From positions 1,805,080 through 1,869,079 of the forward strand of contig CBDIIB010000005.1 of assembly GCA_965279525.1 (NCBI GenBank): 64,000 nucleotides of DNA, read 5' to 3'. Numbering within the stretch: the first letter of the stretch is position 1; each line of letters opens with the position of its first letter. The position numbers and the translations under genes are program-made. This stretch comes from Tagaea sp. GTDB lineage: Bacteria > Pseudomonadota > Alphaproteobacteria > CACIAM-22H2. Below the pieces are notes generated by a model. That model was not told the origin of the DNA. It worked only from the letters and a program-made list of their open reading frames with translations, and ran no database searches. Below are positions 42,072-54,131 of this stretch, in pieces.

Positions 42072-43292
42072 ATGGCACGCCTGGTACTGAAGTTCGGCGG
42101 AACGTCGGTTGCGAACGTGGAGCGCATCCGCAACGTCGCCGTGCGCGTCAAGCGCGAGGTCGACGCCGGCAACGAGGTCGCGGTCGTGGTTTCCGCCATG
42201 TCGGGACAGACGAACCAGCTCGTCGCGTGGGTCAACGAGATCTCGAAATTCTACGATCCGCGCGAATACGACGCGGTCGTGTCGACCGGCGAACAGGTGA
42301 CGAGCGGCCTTACCGCACTCGCCCTCCAGCAGAACGGCCTCAAGGCGCGCTCGTGGCAGGGATGGCAGATCGCACTTCGCACCGATTCCACGCATTCGAA
42401 GGCGCGCATCGAAAGCATCGACACCGAAGAACTCGACCGGTCGATGCGCGCGGGCGAAGTCGCCGTCATTTCCGGATTCCAGGGGCTGACCGACGACAAC
42501 CGCGTGACCACGCTGGGGCGCGGCGGGTCGGATACGTCGGCGGTGGCGCTGGCGGCAGCCCTCAAGGCCGACCGGTGCGACATCTACACCGACGTCGACG
42601 GCGTCTATACGTGCGATCCCCGGATCGTCACGAAGGCGCGCAAGCTCGACAAGATCACGTACGAAGAGATGCTCGAGATGGCCTCGCTGGGCGCCAAGGT
42701 GCTCCAGACGCGGTCGGTCGAGCTGGCCATGAACCACCGCGTGCGCGTGCAGGTCCTCTCGAGCTTCGAGGACAAGCCCGGCACGATGGTCGTCGACGAG
42801 GAAGAGATCGTGGAAAAGCAAGTCGTCAGCGGGATCGCCTACAGCCGGGACGAGGCCAAGGTGACCCTTACCAAGGTGGCCGACCGTCCGGGCGTGGCCG
42901 CCGCAATCTTCGGCCCGCTCGCGGATGCCGCCATCAACGTGGACATGATCGTCCAGAACATCTCGGACGACGGCAAGGCCACCGACATGACCTTCACGGT
43001 CGGCAAGGCGGACCTCGACCGCTGCGTCAAGCTGCTGAACGACCAGAAGGGCAAGCTCGGCTTCGTCGACCTGAAGCCCGATCCCAACGTCGTCAAGGTG
43101 TCGGTCATCGGCGTCGGCATGCGCAGCCATGCCGGCGTGGCGCTGGCGATGTTCCGCACGCTCGCCGACAAGGGCATCAACATCCAGGTCATCTCGACAT
43201 CGGAGATCAAGATCTCCGTGCTGATCGACGAGCAGTATCTGGAACTCGCACTGCGGGCTCTGCACACGGCCTACGAGCTCGACGCCGCATGA
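42072..43292 (+). CDS. lysC: Aspartate kinase
   Basis: KFGGTSV, TLGRGGSDTSA, two ACT domains. Confidence 0.97.
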   Translation: MARLVLKFGGTSVANVERIRNVAVRVKREVDAGNEVAVVVSAMSGQTNQLVAWVNEISKFYDPREYDAVVSTGEQVTSGLTALALQQNGLKARSWQGWQIALRTDSTHSKARIESIDTEELDRSMRAGEVAVISGFQGLTDDNRVTTLGRGGSDTSAVALAAALKADRCDIYTDVDGVYTCDPRIVTKARKLDKITYEEMLEMASLGAKVLQTRSVELAMNHRVRVQVLSSFEDKPGTMVVDEEEIVEKQVVSGIAYSRDEAKVTLTKVADRPGVAAAIFGPLADAAINVDMIVQNISDDGKATDMTFTVGKADLDRCVKLLNDQKGKLGFVDLKPDPNVVKVSVIGVGMRSHAGVALAMFRTLADKGINIQVISTSEIKISVLIDEQYLELALRALHTAYELDAA

Positions 43293-44350
43293 ACGACGTC
43301 GCCACCCCGGACGCGCGCGACGCCGCTGCCCGCCGGCTCGACCGGCTCTCGGCGCGCGGGCGCGCGGTGCTGGGCACGCGCCATGCGATCATGGGCGGCG
43401 CGATGACGTGGGTTTCCGAGCGCAACCTCGTCGCGGCGATCTCGAATGCCGGCGGCTTCGGCGTGCTTGCCTGCGGTTCGATGAAGCCCGAGATGCTCGC
43501 CGCCGAGATCGCGGCCACGAAGAAGCTGACCGACAAGCCCTTCGGCGTGAACCTGATCGTCATGCACCCGCAGCTCGTCGAGCTGGCGCAGGTGTGCCTC
43601 GACGCGCGCGTCAGCCATGTCGTGCTTGCCGGTGGCATGCCGCCGGGCGACATCCTCAAGAAGCTGAAGGACGGCGGCGCGAAGGTCATCGCGTTTGCAC
43701 CGGCCCTTGTCATCGGCAAGAAGCTCGTCCGCTCGGGCGTCGACGCGCTGGTCATCGAAGGCATGGAGGCCGGCGGCCATATCGGTGCCGTGTCGACCGC
43801 CGTGCTGGCACAGGAAATCCTGCCCGCGATCCGCGAGGTGCCGGTCTTCGTCGCCGGCGGGATCGGACGCGGCGAAGCGATCCTGTCGTTCCTCGAGATG
43901 GGGGCGGCGGGCGTGCAGCTGGGTACACGCTTCGTGTGCGCGCGCGAGAGCGTGGCGCATCCCGATTTCAAGAAGGCCTTCATCCGCGCGGCCGCGCGCG
44001 ACGCGGTCCCCTCGGTCCAGCTCGATCCGCGCTTCCCGGTGATCCCGGTGCGGGCCCTTGCCAACAAGGCCACGCAGGCCTTCAACGCCGCCCAGCGCGA
44101 CATCGCCGCCAAGGTTGATCGCGGCGAGCTCGACATGAAGGCCGCCCAGCTCGAGATCGAGCATTACTGGGCCGGGGCCCTGCGCCGCGCCGCCGTCGAC
44201 GGCGACGTCGAGAACGGCTCGCTGATGGCCGGGCAGTCGGTCGGCATGGTCACGCGCGAGCAGACGACGGCAGAGATCGTCGAGGAACTCGTCGGGCAGG
44301 CGCTCGACGCGCTGGTGGCGCGCGAAAGCGAAGCGGCGGGAGCCGCGTGA
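43289..44350 (+). CDS. Nitronate monooxygenase / FabK-like flavin oxidoreductase
   Basis: GGAMTWVS, EAGGHIG, VQLGTRF, MAGQSVG. Confidence 0.88.
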   Translation: MNDVATPDARDAAARRLDRLSARGRAVLGTRHAIMGGAMTWVSERNLVAAISNAGGFGVLACGSMKPEMLAAEIAATKKLTDKPFGVNLIVMHPQLVELAQVCLDARVSHVVLAGGMPPGDILKKLKDGGAKVIAFAPALVIGKKLVRSGVDALVIEGMEAGGHIGAVSTAVLAQEILPAIREVPVFVAGGIGRGEAILSFLEMGAAGVQLGTRFVCARESVAHPDFKKAFIRAAARDAVPSVQLDPRFPVIPVRALANKATQAFNAAQRDIAAKVDRGELDMKAAQLEIEHYWAGALRRAAVDGDVENGSLMAGQSVGMVTREQTTAEIVEELVGQALDALVARESEAAGAA

Positions 44351-46623
44351 TGCAGACGGCGCTCGGGCCCGGTGCGACGCGCCGCCTGCTCAAGCGCCTG
44401 CGCGACATGATGGCGGCGGCCGGGAGCGCCCAGCAGCGCCTCGACCGCATCGTCAAGATCATCGCCGCCGACCTGATCGCCGAGGTCTGCTCGGTCTACG
44501 TGATGCGCGCGGGCCAGGTGCTCGAGCTGTTCGCGACCGAAGGCCTCAACCAGGACGCCGTCCACAAGACGCGCCTGCGCGTGGGCGAGGGCCTCGTGGG
44601 CGAGATCGCGCATTCGGCGCGCACGCTCGCGCTGTCCGACGCCCAGTCGCATCCCAACTTCGCCTACCGCCCGGAAACGGGCGAGGAAATCTACCACTCG
44701 CTGCTCGGCGTGCCGATCCTGCGCGCGGGCCGGGCACTGGGCGTGCTCGTGCTGCAGAACCGCACCTACCGCGACTACACCGAGGAGGAGGCCGAAACCC
44801 TCCAGACCGTCGCGATGGTGCTGGCCGAACTCGTTTCCGGCGGCGAACTCGTCAGCCCCGAGGAGATGCTGCGCGGCGACGACGTGGGGCTTGGCGCCAC
44901 CGAACGCCTCGACGGCCTCAAGCTCAACGAGGGGATCGCCATCGGCACGGTCGTGCTGCACCAGCCGCGCGTGACCGTGCGCCAGATGGTCGCCGACGAC
45001 CCGCAGGCCGAGGTCAAGCGCCTGCGCGACGCGATGAGCGGCATGCGCGTGGACATCGACCAGATCTTCGAGAAATCGGGTCTCGTCGAAGGCGACGAGC
45101 GCTGGGAGATCCTCGAGACCTACCGCATGTTCGCCGAGGACCGCGGCTGGCTGCAGCGCATCTCGGAAGCCATCGAGACGGGCCTCACCGCCGAGGCGGC
45201 CGTGCAGAAGGTCCAGGAAGACAACCGCGCGCGCCTGACGCAGACGACCGATCCTTATCTTCGCGAACGTGTCGACGATTTCGACGATCTCGCCAACCGG
45301 CTGATGCGCCATCTTTCCGGCGACCGTACGGCGGCGGATGCCGGCGACCTGCCCGACGATACGGTGCTGGTCGCGCGCAATCTGGGGCCGGCCGAGCTGC
45401 TGGAATACGACCGGCGCAAACTGAAGGGCGTCGTGCTCGAGGAAGGCTCGCCCACCGCGCACGTGTCGATCATCGCGCATGCGCTCGACCTGCCGATGGT
45501 CGGGCGCGTGACCGGGCTGCTGGGTCGCGTGGAAAGCGGAGACGCGATCGTCGTCGACGGCATTTCAGGCCAGACGATCCTGCGCCCGCGCGACGACGTG
45601 CGCGAGACCTTCGCCCAGGCGATCCGCCAGCGCGATGCGCTTCGCGCGGGCTATGCCGCGATCCGCAAGCTGCCGGCGGTCACCAAGGACGGCACGCCGG
45701 TCTCGCTCAACATGAATGCAGGCCTCGTCATCGATGTCGACCATCTGGCCGATAGCGGTGCCGACGGCATCGGTCTCTACCGCACCGAAATCCCGTTCAT
45801 GATCCGATCGAGCATGCCCGACGTGGTCGAGCAGACGGATCTCTACCGGCGCATCCTCGACCGTGCCGACGGGCGGCCCGTGGTTTTCCGCACGCTCGAC
45901 ATCGGCGGCGACAAGCTGCTGCCCTATATGGAGAACGTCGCGCAGGAAAATCCCGCCATGGGTTTCCGCGCGATCCGCCTGACGCTCGACAGGCCGGCGA
46001 TCCTGCGCGAACAGGTGCGCGGGCTGCTGCGCGCGGCCGGCGGCCGGCGGCTCGATCTGATGTTCCCGATGGTGGCCGAGGTCGCCGAGTTCGACGCCGC
46101 GCGCGAACTGGTCGAGATCGAGATCGCGCGCGAGCGCAAGCGGGGACGCACGCTGCCCGACCCCATCCACATGGGCACGATGATGGAGGTGCCCTCGCTC
46201 TACTGGCAGCTGCCGCAGCTGCTGAAGCGGGTGGATTTCCTGTCGGTCGGATCGAACGACCTGCTGCAGTTCTTTTTCGCGTGCGACCGGGGCAATCCCG
46301 AGCTGGCGGATCGCTACGACGCGCTCTCGCCGCCAGTCTTGCGGTTCCTGCGCGCCATTGCCGGCGAATGCGAGGCGGCCGGCGTGCCGCTGACGCTGTG
46401 CGGCGATATCGCGAGCCGCCCGTTGGAAGCCATGGCCTTGATCGGTATCGGCTTTCGACGACTTTCGATGCCGTTTCCGGCGATCGGGCCGGTCAAGGCG
46501 ATGGCCCGGAGCCTCGACCTTCCGCCGCTTGCCAAGTATCTCGACGAACTGACGAAGCTTGCCGACCACTCGGTCCGGAAAAAATTGCTGAGTTTTGCCC
46601 GGGATCACAACATTCCAGTTTAG
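44347..46623 (+). CDS. ptsP: PTS enzyme I-Ntr (GAF domain plus EI)
   Basis: N-terminal GAF, TAHVSI phospho-His, GLYRTE, SVGSNDL. Confidence 0.96.
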   Translation: MMQTALGPGATRRLLKRLRDMMAAAGSAQQRLDRIVKIIAADLIAEVCSVYVMRAGQVLELFATEGLNQDAVHKTRLRVGEGLVGEIAHSARTLALSDAQSHPNFAYRPETGEEIYHSLLGVPILRAGRALGVLVLQNRTYRDYTEEEAETLQTVAMVLAELVSGGELVSPEEMLRGDDVGLGATERLDGLKLNEGIAIGTVVLHQPRVTVRQMVADDPQAEVKRLRDAMSGMRVDIDQIFEKSGLVEGDERWEILETYRMFAEDRGWLQRISEAIETGLTAEAAVQKVQEDNRARLTQTTDPYLRERVDDFDDLANRLMRHLSGDRTAADAGDLPDDTVLVARNLGPAELLEYDRRKLKGVVLEEGSPTAHVSIIAHALDLPMVGRVTGLLGRVESGDAIVVDGISGQTILRPRDDVRETFAQAIRQRDALRAGYAAIRKLPAVTKDGTPVSLNMNAGLVIDVDHLADSGADGIGLYRTEIPFMIRSSMPDVVEQTDLYRRILDRADGRPVVFRTLDIGGDKLLPYMENVAQENPAMGFRAIRLTLDRPAILREQVRGLLRAAGGRRLDLMFPMVAEVAEFDAARELVEIEIARERKRGRTLPDPIHMGTMMEVPSLYWQLPQLLKRVDFLSVGSNDLLQFFFACDRGNPELADRYDALSPPVLRFLRAIAGECEAAGVPLTLCGDIASRPLEAMALIGIGFRRLSMPFPAIGPVKAMARSLDLPPLAKYLDELTKLADHSVRKKLLSFARDHNIPV

Positions 46624-46782
46624 GGAATGTTGTGATCCCGAATCGACCCGGACCGGCAGCAGTTGTCGCCATTGTAGCAATTTGCTAAACACGTCAAGTG
46701 CTTGTCTTGCCACCCGTGGCACAGCCGCCCGATCAGGCGGTTTTGTCCGGGTTTTCAAGACGATCCGAGCTTCGAGCGAGCG

Positions 46783-47886
46783 ATGCCAAAGACGCCCACT
46801 AAACGTCAGCATGCATCCGGAACGGGTGCCGGGACCGTATCGGCACCGCCGGTCAACGCGACCGTCGGCCAGCTGCTGCGCGCCGAGCGGACGCGGCGCG
46901 GCTGGCAGATCGCCGACATCGCCAAGCATCTGAAAATCCGCCGCGCACTTCTCGACGCGATCGAGGTGGGCCGCCACCAGGACCTGCCGCGCGGCGCCTA
47001 TGCGATCGGCTTCGTGCGCTCCTATGCCGACCTGCTCGAACTCGACAGCGGCGAACTCGTGCGCCGCTTCAAGCAGGAATCGAGCGGCATCGACGAGCCG
47101 ACCGAACTCACGTTTCCCACGCCGATCAACGAAAGCCGCCTGCCGGGCCGTCTCGTCGTCGCGTTCTCGCTGCTGCTTGCGGTGGGTGCCTATGGCGGCT
47201 GGTACTATTCCACGCTCGACCAGCGCGCACCCGCACCGCGCGTGACGGCCGTGCCCGAAACGCTGGCGGCACGCATTCCGGCACCCGAGCCGGTGGCACC
47301 CCGCACGCCCAGCCCGTCATCCAGCGAAGCGCTTGCCAGGGTCCTGCCGAGCGCTCCGCCGGCCACGGTCGCCGAACCGCCGGCCGCCCTGCCGCCGGCC
47401 GCGTTCGTTCCCACGCCGGCCCCCGCCCAGATCGCGAGCCTGCCTGCCGCACCGCCGCCAGCTGCAGTACCGGCCGCAGTGCCGGCCGACAGCGCGCCGC
47501 GCAGCTTCGGCGAGGCGACCGAGGGCCGCATCGTCATCCGCGCCACGTCCGACAGCTGGACCCAGGTGCGCGATGCCGGCGGCAGCGTCATCTTCTCGCG
47601 CATCCTGCGCGCCGGCGAGAGCTACAACGCCCCCGATCGCGAGGGCTTGACGATGTCGACCGGCAATGCCGGCGGCCTCGACATCCGCGTCGACGGGAAG
47701 GCCGCCCCGGCGGTCGGCCGGCTCGGCTTCGTGCAGCGGTCGGTCTCGCTCGACCCGCAGCGCCTGATCGCCGGCACGGCAGCCAACGAATCGGTTCCGG
47801 CCCGTCCGGCGCCGCCTGCCGCGGCACCCGCCGCGACACCGGCAGCCCCGGCGGAACCCGGCGAAGATCGCGGCTCGCCCGGCTGA
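46783..47886 (+). CDS. rodZ: Cytoskeleton protein RodZ
   Basis: HTH, TM, Pro/Ala linker, GNAGG domain; upstream of ispG. Confidence 0.88.
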   Translation: MPKTPTKRQHASGTGAGTVSAPPVNATVGQLLRAERTRRGWQIADIAKHLKIRRALLDAIEVGRHQDLPRGAYAIGFVRSYADLLELDSGELVRRFKQESSGIDEPTELTFPTPINESRLPGRLVVAFSLLLAVGAYGGWYYSTLDQRAPAPRVTAVPETLAARIPAPEPVAPRTPSPSSSEALARVLPSAPPATVAEPPAALPPAAFVPTPAPAQIASLPAAPPPAAVPAAVPADSAPRSFGEATEGRIVIRATSDSWTQVRDAGGSVIFSRILRAGESYNAPDREGLTMSTGNAGGLDIRVDGKAAPAVGRLGFVQRSVSLDPQRLIAGTAANESVPARPAPPAAAPAATPAAPAEPGEDRGSPG

Positions 47887-47945
47887 GGCCGGGTGCGCTA
47901 TAAAGGCGGGGCAATCGCCCCCGTCCGAGATCCGAGCGCGCCCCG

Positions 47946-49067
47946 ATGTCCGTCGTCCGACCCTACCGCCAGATCCATCGCCGCAAGTGCCGCCAGATCA
48001 TGGTCGGCAAGGTGCCCGTCGGCGGCGACGCGCCGATCACCGTCCAGACGATGACCAACACGCCGACGTCCGACGCCGGCGCCACGATCGACCAGATCCG
48101 CCGCGCCGAGGAGGTCGGGGTCGACATCGTGCGCGTCTCGTGCCCGGACGAGGAGTCGACGGCCGCGCTCAGGCAGATCGTGCGCGCGGCGAACGTGCCG
48201 ATCGTCGCGGACATCCATTTCCACTACAAGCGCGCCATCGAGGCGGCTGAAGCCGGTGCCGCGTGCCTGCGCATCAATCCCGGCAATATCGGCTCGAAGG
48301 ACCGCGTGCGCGAGGTCGTGAAGGCGGCCAAGGATCACGGCTGCTCGATCCGCATCGGCGTCAACGCCGGCTCGCTCGAACGCGAGCTCCTGGAGAAATA
48401 CGGGGAACCGTGCCCCGAGGCGATGGTCGAAAGCGCGCTCACCCACGCCAAGTGCCTCGAGGACGAGGATTTCCGCGAGTTCAAGATCAGCTGCAAGGCG
48501 TCCGACGTGTTCCTGGCGGTCGCGGCCTACCAGCAGCTTGCCGACGCCTGCGACTATCCGCTCCATCTGGGCGTGACCGAGGCCGGTGCCTTGCGCATGG
48601 GCACGGTCAAGTCGGCGATCGGGCTGGGTTCGCTGCTGTGGGCGGGGATCGGCGACACGATCCGCGTCTCGCTCTCGGCCGATCCGATCGAGGAGGTCAA
48701 GGTCGGCTACGACATGCTGAAGTCGCTCGGACTGCGCCGGCGCGGCGTGACGGTCATCGCGTGCCCGTCCTGTGCCCGCCAGCAGTTCGACGTGATCAAG
48801 ACGGTCGAACGGCTGGAAGAACGGCTCAGCAAGATAACCGTGCCGATGACGGTCTCGGTGATCGGCTGCGTGGTCAACGGCCCCGGCGAGGCGCGCGAGA
48901 CCGACATCGGTTTCACCGGCGGGGGCAACGGCACGCACATGGTCTACGTGGCCGGCAATCAGGACCACCGCCTGAAGGACGGCGACATCGTCGAGCATCT
49001 TGCCGAGATGGTCGAGAAGAAGGCCGCCGAGATCCTGGCGCGCGACGCCACCAAGGCGGCCGAGTGA
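47946..49067 (+). CDS. ispG: HMBPP synthase
   Basis: [25 protein letters not shown]. Confidence 0.98.
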   Translation: MSVVRPYRQIHRRKCRQIMVGKVPVGGDAPITVQTMTNTPTSDAGATIDQIRRAEEVGVDIVRVSCPDEESTAALRQIVRAANVPIVADIHFHYKRAIEAAEAGAACLRINPGNIGSKDRVREVVKAAKDHGCSIRIGVNAGSLERELLEKYGEPCPEAMVESALTHAKCLEDEDFREFKISCKASDVFLAVAAYQQLADACDYPLHLGVTEAGALRMGTVKSAIGLGSLLWAGIGDTIRVSLSADPIEEVKVGYDMLKSLGLRRRGVTVIACPSCARQQFDVIKTVERLEERLSKITVPMTVSVIGCVVNGPGEARETDIGFTGGGNGTHMVYVAGNQDHRLKDGDIVEHLAEMVEKKAAEILARDATKAAE

Positions 49068-49108
49068 TGCCGCACCCGCGCGCGCGCCGCTTCTTGTAGA
49101 TCCCCATC

Positions 49109-50367
49109 ATGGACGCGCCCGAAGCCCCCGCGCGCCTCGGCGTCGTGGGCGCAAATCACCGTTCGAGTTCGGCGGCCACGCGCGACGCGCTGTTCGTGCC
49201 GGAAGCCGAGATGCGCGGCTTCCTTGCCGAACTGCGCCGGGCGGGCCTTGCGCAGGCCCTGCTGATCTCGACCTGCGACCGCGTCGAGGTGCAGTTCGCT
49301 GCCGCCGACGTCGCCGCCGGGCGCGCTGCGGTGCTCGACGCCTTCGCACGCCGTCTCGGGCGCGATGCGGGTTCCGAGACCTATGCGCACGAGGGCGAGG
49401 CGGCACTTCGCCATGTCTTCGCCGTCGCCTGTTCGCTCGACAGCCAGGTCGTCGGCGAGCCGCAGGTGCTGGGTCAGGTCAAGGCGGCGCATGCACTGGC
49501 GCGCGAAATGGGCCTTGCCGGCCATGACCTCGACGCGGTCCTCGAGCGCGCCTATGCCGCCGCCAAGCGCGTGCGCAGCGAAACGGCGATCGGCGAACGG
49601 CCGGTGTCGCTTGCCGCCGCCGCCGCGGCCGTCGCGCGCGACGTGCATGGCGAACCGTCGCGCTGTGCGGCCCTGCTCGTGGGGCTTGGCGAGATGGGCG
49701 AACTGCTCGTCGAGCATTTCCGCCGTGCGGGCCTGCGCCAGCTGGCCGTGACCGCGCCTTCGGCCGCGCGTGCGGCCGACATGGCGCGCCGTCTCGAAGC
49801 GCATGTCGTGCCCTATGCGGAGCTTGGCGATGCCGTTGCGAGGGCCGACCTCGTGATCACCGCGCTTGGAACCGGCCGGCCGACGATCGACCCGACACTT
49901 GCGCGCGCTGCCCTGAAGGTCCGGCGCCGCAAGCCGATCCTGTTCCTCGACCTTGGCGTGCCCGACGACGTGGCGCGCGAGGTCGAGAAGATCGACGGCG
50001 CTTTCCGCTACGGCATCGACGATCTGGAGGGCCTGGCGCTCAAGGGCCGGACGGAGCGCGAGGCGTCGACGGGCGAGGCGTGGGCCATCCTTGAAGCCGA
50101 GATCGGCGCTTTCGCGCGCGCGCGCGCCGCGCGCAAGGCCGACGGCGCCATCGTGCGCCTGCGCCGGCATTTCGAGGCCGAGCGCCTGCGCGTGCTGGCC
50201 GAAACCGGCGGCGACGCGGAGCGCGCCACCGAACTTCTCGTCCACCGCCTGCTGCATGGTCCCACGGCGACCTTGCGCGACCTGGCGCAGGGCGACCCGG
50301 CCGAGCGCGCGCACGCCGAAGCGCTGCTGGCGCGCGCCTTCGGCATCGACGAGACGGAGAACAAGAC

Positions 50368-50371
<4 letters not shown>
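49109..50371 (+). CDS. hemA: Glutamyl-tRNA reductase
   Basis: STCDRVE (catalytic Cys), [35 protein letters not shown]. Confidence 0.88.
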
Positions 50372-51428
<1,057 letters not shown>

Positions 51429-51432
<4 letters not shown>

Positions 51433-52271
51433 GGATCGACGCGCTCGTCCGCGAGTCGGCGCTGACGCTCGTTGCGGCCGGGATCGAGAACCCGCGGCTC
51501 GAGGCGCGCGTGATCGTCGGTGCGGCCTCCGGCGTCACGCTGGAAACGATGGTGGCGCATCCCGAGCGCGCGGTCGACGACATGGCGGTTGCGTTCGTCC
51601 AGGCGCTGGTCGAGCGGCGCGTGGCGGGTGCGCCGATGGCTTATCTGATCGGCAGCAAGGAATTCTGGAGCCTCGATTTCTCCGTCACGGCGGCCACGCT
51701 TGTTCCCCGTCCGGACAGCGAGACGCTGGTGGCGGCGGCTCTCGCCTTCGCCGCCGAGCGTGCGCATCCGTGGCGGGCACTCGATCTGGGGACCGGCACC
51801 GGCTGCCTGCTGCTGTCGTTCCTGTCGGAGCGGCCGCACGCCTTCGGCCTGGCGGTCGACCGTAGCGAAGAAGCGCTGGCGGTCGCGGCGGCCAACGCGG
51901 ACTCGCTGGGCCTTGCACCGCGCACCGGCTTCGTGTGCGCCGACTGGGCCGGTCCGCTTGCCGGGCAGTTCGACGTGGTGCTCGCCAATCCGCCTTACAT
52001 CCCGCGCGACGAGATCCCGGGACTTGCCATCGAGGTGCGCGACTTCGAACCGGAATCGGCGCTCGATGGCGGGCCGGACGGGCTCGACTGCTACCGGCGC
52101 ATCCTCGCCGATCTGCCGGGGCTGCTCGCACCCGGCGGAATGGCCTTCTTCGAGGTCGGGATCGGTCAGGCGGCGGATGTCGAGGCGCTGATACGTGCCG
52201 CGGGCCTCGTTCCGGCGGGCATCCAGCGCGACCTTGCCGGCGTGGAACGCTGCGTGCGCGCGACAAAATAG
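51429..52271 (+). CDS. prmC: Release factor glutamine methyltransferase
   Basis: DLGTGTG, NPPY. Confidence 0.96.
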
Positions 52272-52475
52272 CGCTTGGAGCGGACCGGGACCCGGACTAG
52301 TGTCGGGTCGTTGCGGTCGCCACGGCGTTCGCAGCCAAGTGTCGGACCGCGGTTGTCCGGGGCGACACGCGATCGGGTCTGCGGCCTTCAGTGCCGGTCC
52401 CCATCGTCCGCCCCGGTGGCGACATCCCAACCAACCCTTTTTATGGCCGGCTTGTCCGGCCAACAGACGAGGCGA

Positions 52476-53063
52476 ATGCATATGAAGCGTCAGCGCAATC
52501 GAGGCGGCCACAGCGGTGGCGGTCACAGCAACAACTATCGCGGTGGTGGCGGCGGAGGCGGTGGAGGCGGCGGTGGTGGTGGCGGCGGTGGCGGTGGCCG
52601 CTCGAACGTTCCGTTCCGCGCGCAGACCTTCGATTCGAACGGTCCGGAAGTGCGCATCCGCGGCAACGCGTATCAGGTGCTCGAGAAGTATCTCGCCCTC
52701 GCGCGCGACGCTTCGGCCAGCGGCGACCGCGTGGCGGCCGAGAATTTCTACCAGCATGCCGAGCACTATTTTCGCCTGATCAACGCCAATCAGGAACCCT
52801 ACCCGCAGCAGCAGCGTCCGCAGGGCGGTCCGCCGCCCCAGCAGGGCGGCTATGCGCAGGGCCAGCAGGGCGGCGATCCGAACGCCCCGCAGGGTGGCGG
52901 CGGCTCGGAGCCGCCCGGCACGGGCCCGCAGCCGGCCGCACCGGTCGTCGTCCATACCAATCCCGCGCACGCGACCAATGTCGGTGCAGCAACGCAGGGC
53001 GACATGCAGGCCGCCGGCCCGCTGCCGTCGTTCCTGGGCACGCCGCCCGAAGAGAACCGCTAG
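52476..53063 (+). CDS. DUF4167 family protein with a 19-Gly tract; start 52476 or 52482
   Basis: FDSNGPEVRIRG...ENFYQHAEHYFR; position after prmC. Confidence 0.85.
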   Translation: MHMKRQRNRGGHSGGGHSNNYRGGGGGGGGGGGGGGGGGGGRSNVPFRAQTFDSNGPEVRIRGNAYQVLEKYLALARDASASGDRVAAENFYQHAEHYFRLINANQEPYPQQQRPQGGPPPQQGGYAQGQQGGDPNAPQGGGGSEPPGTGPQPAAPVVVHTNPAHATNVGAATQGDMQAAGPLPSFLGTPPEENR

Positions 53064-54007
53064 TTCCTTGGTGCTGCGCGTCCGCGCGCCGGCCGATTTT
53101 TCGTGCCGGCGCGCGCAGCACCTTCCATTTCGGATTTGAGCCAGTCGGCGAAGGCGGTCATCGCCTTCGAATAGCGCCGGTGACGTGCCGTCACCAGCCA
53201 GTAGCCGAGGCGTGACGATTCGACGGCGTCCGGGAACACCGGAACAAGACGCCCGCTCGCCAGATGCTCGGCCACGAGCAATTGCCGGCCGATGGCCAGA
53301 CCCTGTCCGTCGATGGCCGCCTGGAGGACGATGTTGTAGTCCGTCAGTTGCCGGAAATCGCCGTCGCGCAGGTCCACGCCCTTCGCGGCGGACCATGCGG
53401 TCCAGTCGGCCAGCCGCAGCCCCGTCAGCAGCGGGAAGCGGCGCAGGTCCTTCGGTGCCGCGATCTTCCGTTTCGATCTCAAGAATGCCGGGCTTGCGAC
53501 CACCAGAAGCCGCTCGGCCAGCAGAAGCCGCTTCGCGACGTCCGGATAGGCGCCGTCGCCATAGCGGATCGCGAGGTCGGCTGCCGAAGCCGCGATGTCG
53601 GCAAGGTCGAGCGTGGGATCGAGCGTGATCTCGATCGACGGTTCCAATGCCAGAAAATCCGGCAGGCGGCGCACGAGGAAGTTCGCGGCGAAGGACGGCA
53701 GCAGGCTGATGCGCAGCCGCTCGCGCGCGTGCGCTCGGCGGATCCCCGCCGTCGCGGCGGCGAGTGCGGCGAAACCCTTCTGGATCTGTGCCGCGAACCG
53801 CGCGGCGGCCGGCGTCAGTTCGACCGAGCGCGCCTTGCGCACGAAGAGCCGCACGCCGAGAAAGCGTTCGATCTTCGCGACATGATGGCTCACGGCACTT
53901 TGCGAGATCGCCAGTTCCTCGGCCGCGCGCCGGAAGCTCAGCAGGCGGGCGGCGGCCTCGAAGGCGCGCAAGGACTGGAGCGGCGGCATGTCGGGCGAGG
54001 CGCGCAT
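53060..54007 (-). CDS. LysR-family regulator (GcvA-like)
   Basis: PPLQSLRAFEAAAR...SQSAVS HTH; DLAIRYG. Confidence 0.93.
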   Translation of the reverse strand: MRASPDMPPLQSLRAFEAAARLLSFRRAAEELAISQSAVSHHVAKIERFLGVRLFVRKARSVELTPAAARFAAQIQKGFAALAAATAGIRRAHARERLRISLLPSFAANFLVRRLPDFLALEPSIEITLDPTLDLADIAASAADLAIRYGDGAYPDVAKRLLLAERLLVVASPAFLRSKRKIAAPKDLRRFPLLTGLRLADWTAWSAAKGVDLRDGDFRQLTDYNIVLQAAIDGQGLAIGRQLLVAEHLASGRLVPVFPDAVESSRLGYWLVTARHRRYSKAMTAFADWLKSEMEGAARAGTKNRPARGRAAPRN

Positions 54008-54131
54008 CGGCCAATTCTAGCCGTTGCCGAGACATGAGCCAAATAGATCGGTCGGCGGACGCTGTTTGAATTTGCTGTCCGGCGTCGGGGTGCACCAGAA
54101 TCGCCGACATTCCATGGACAGGGTGATTTGT

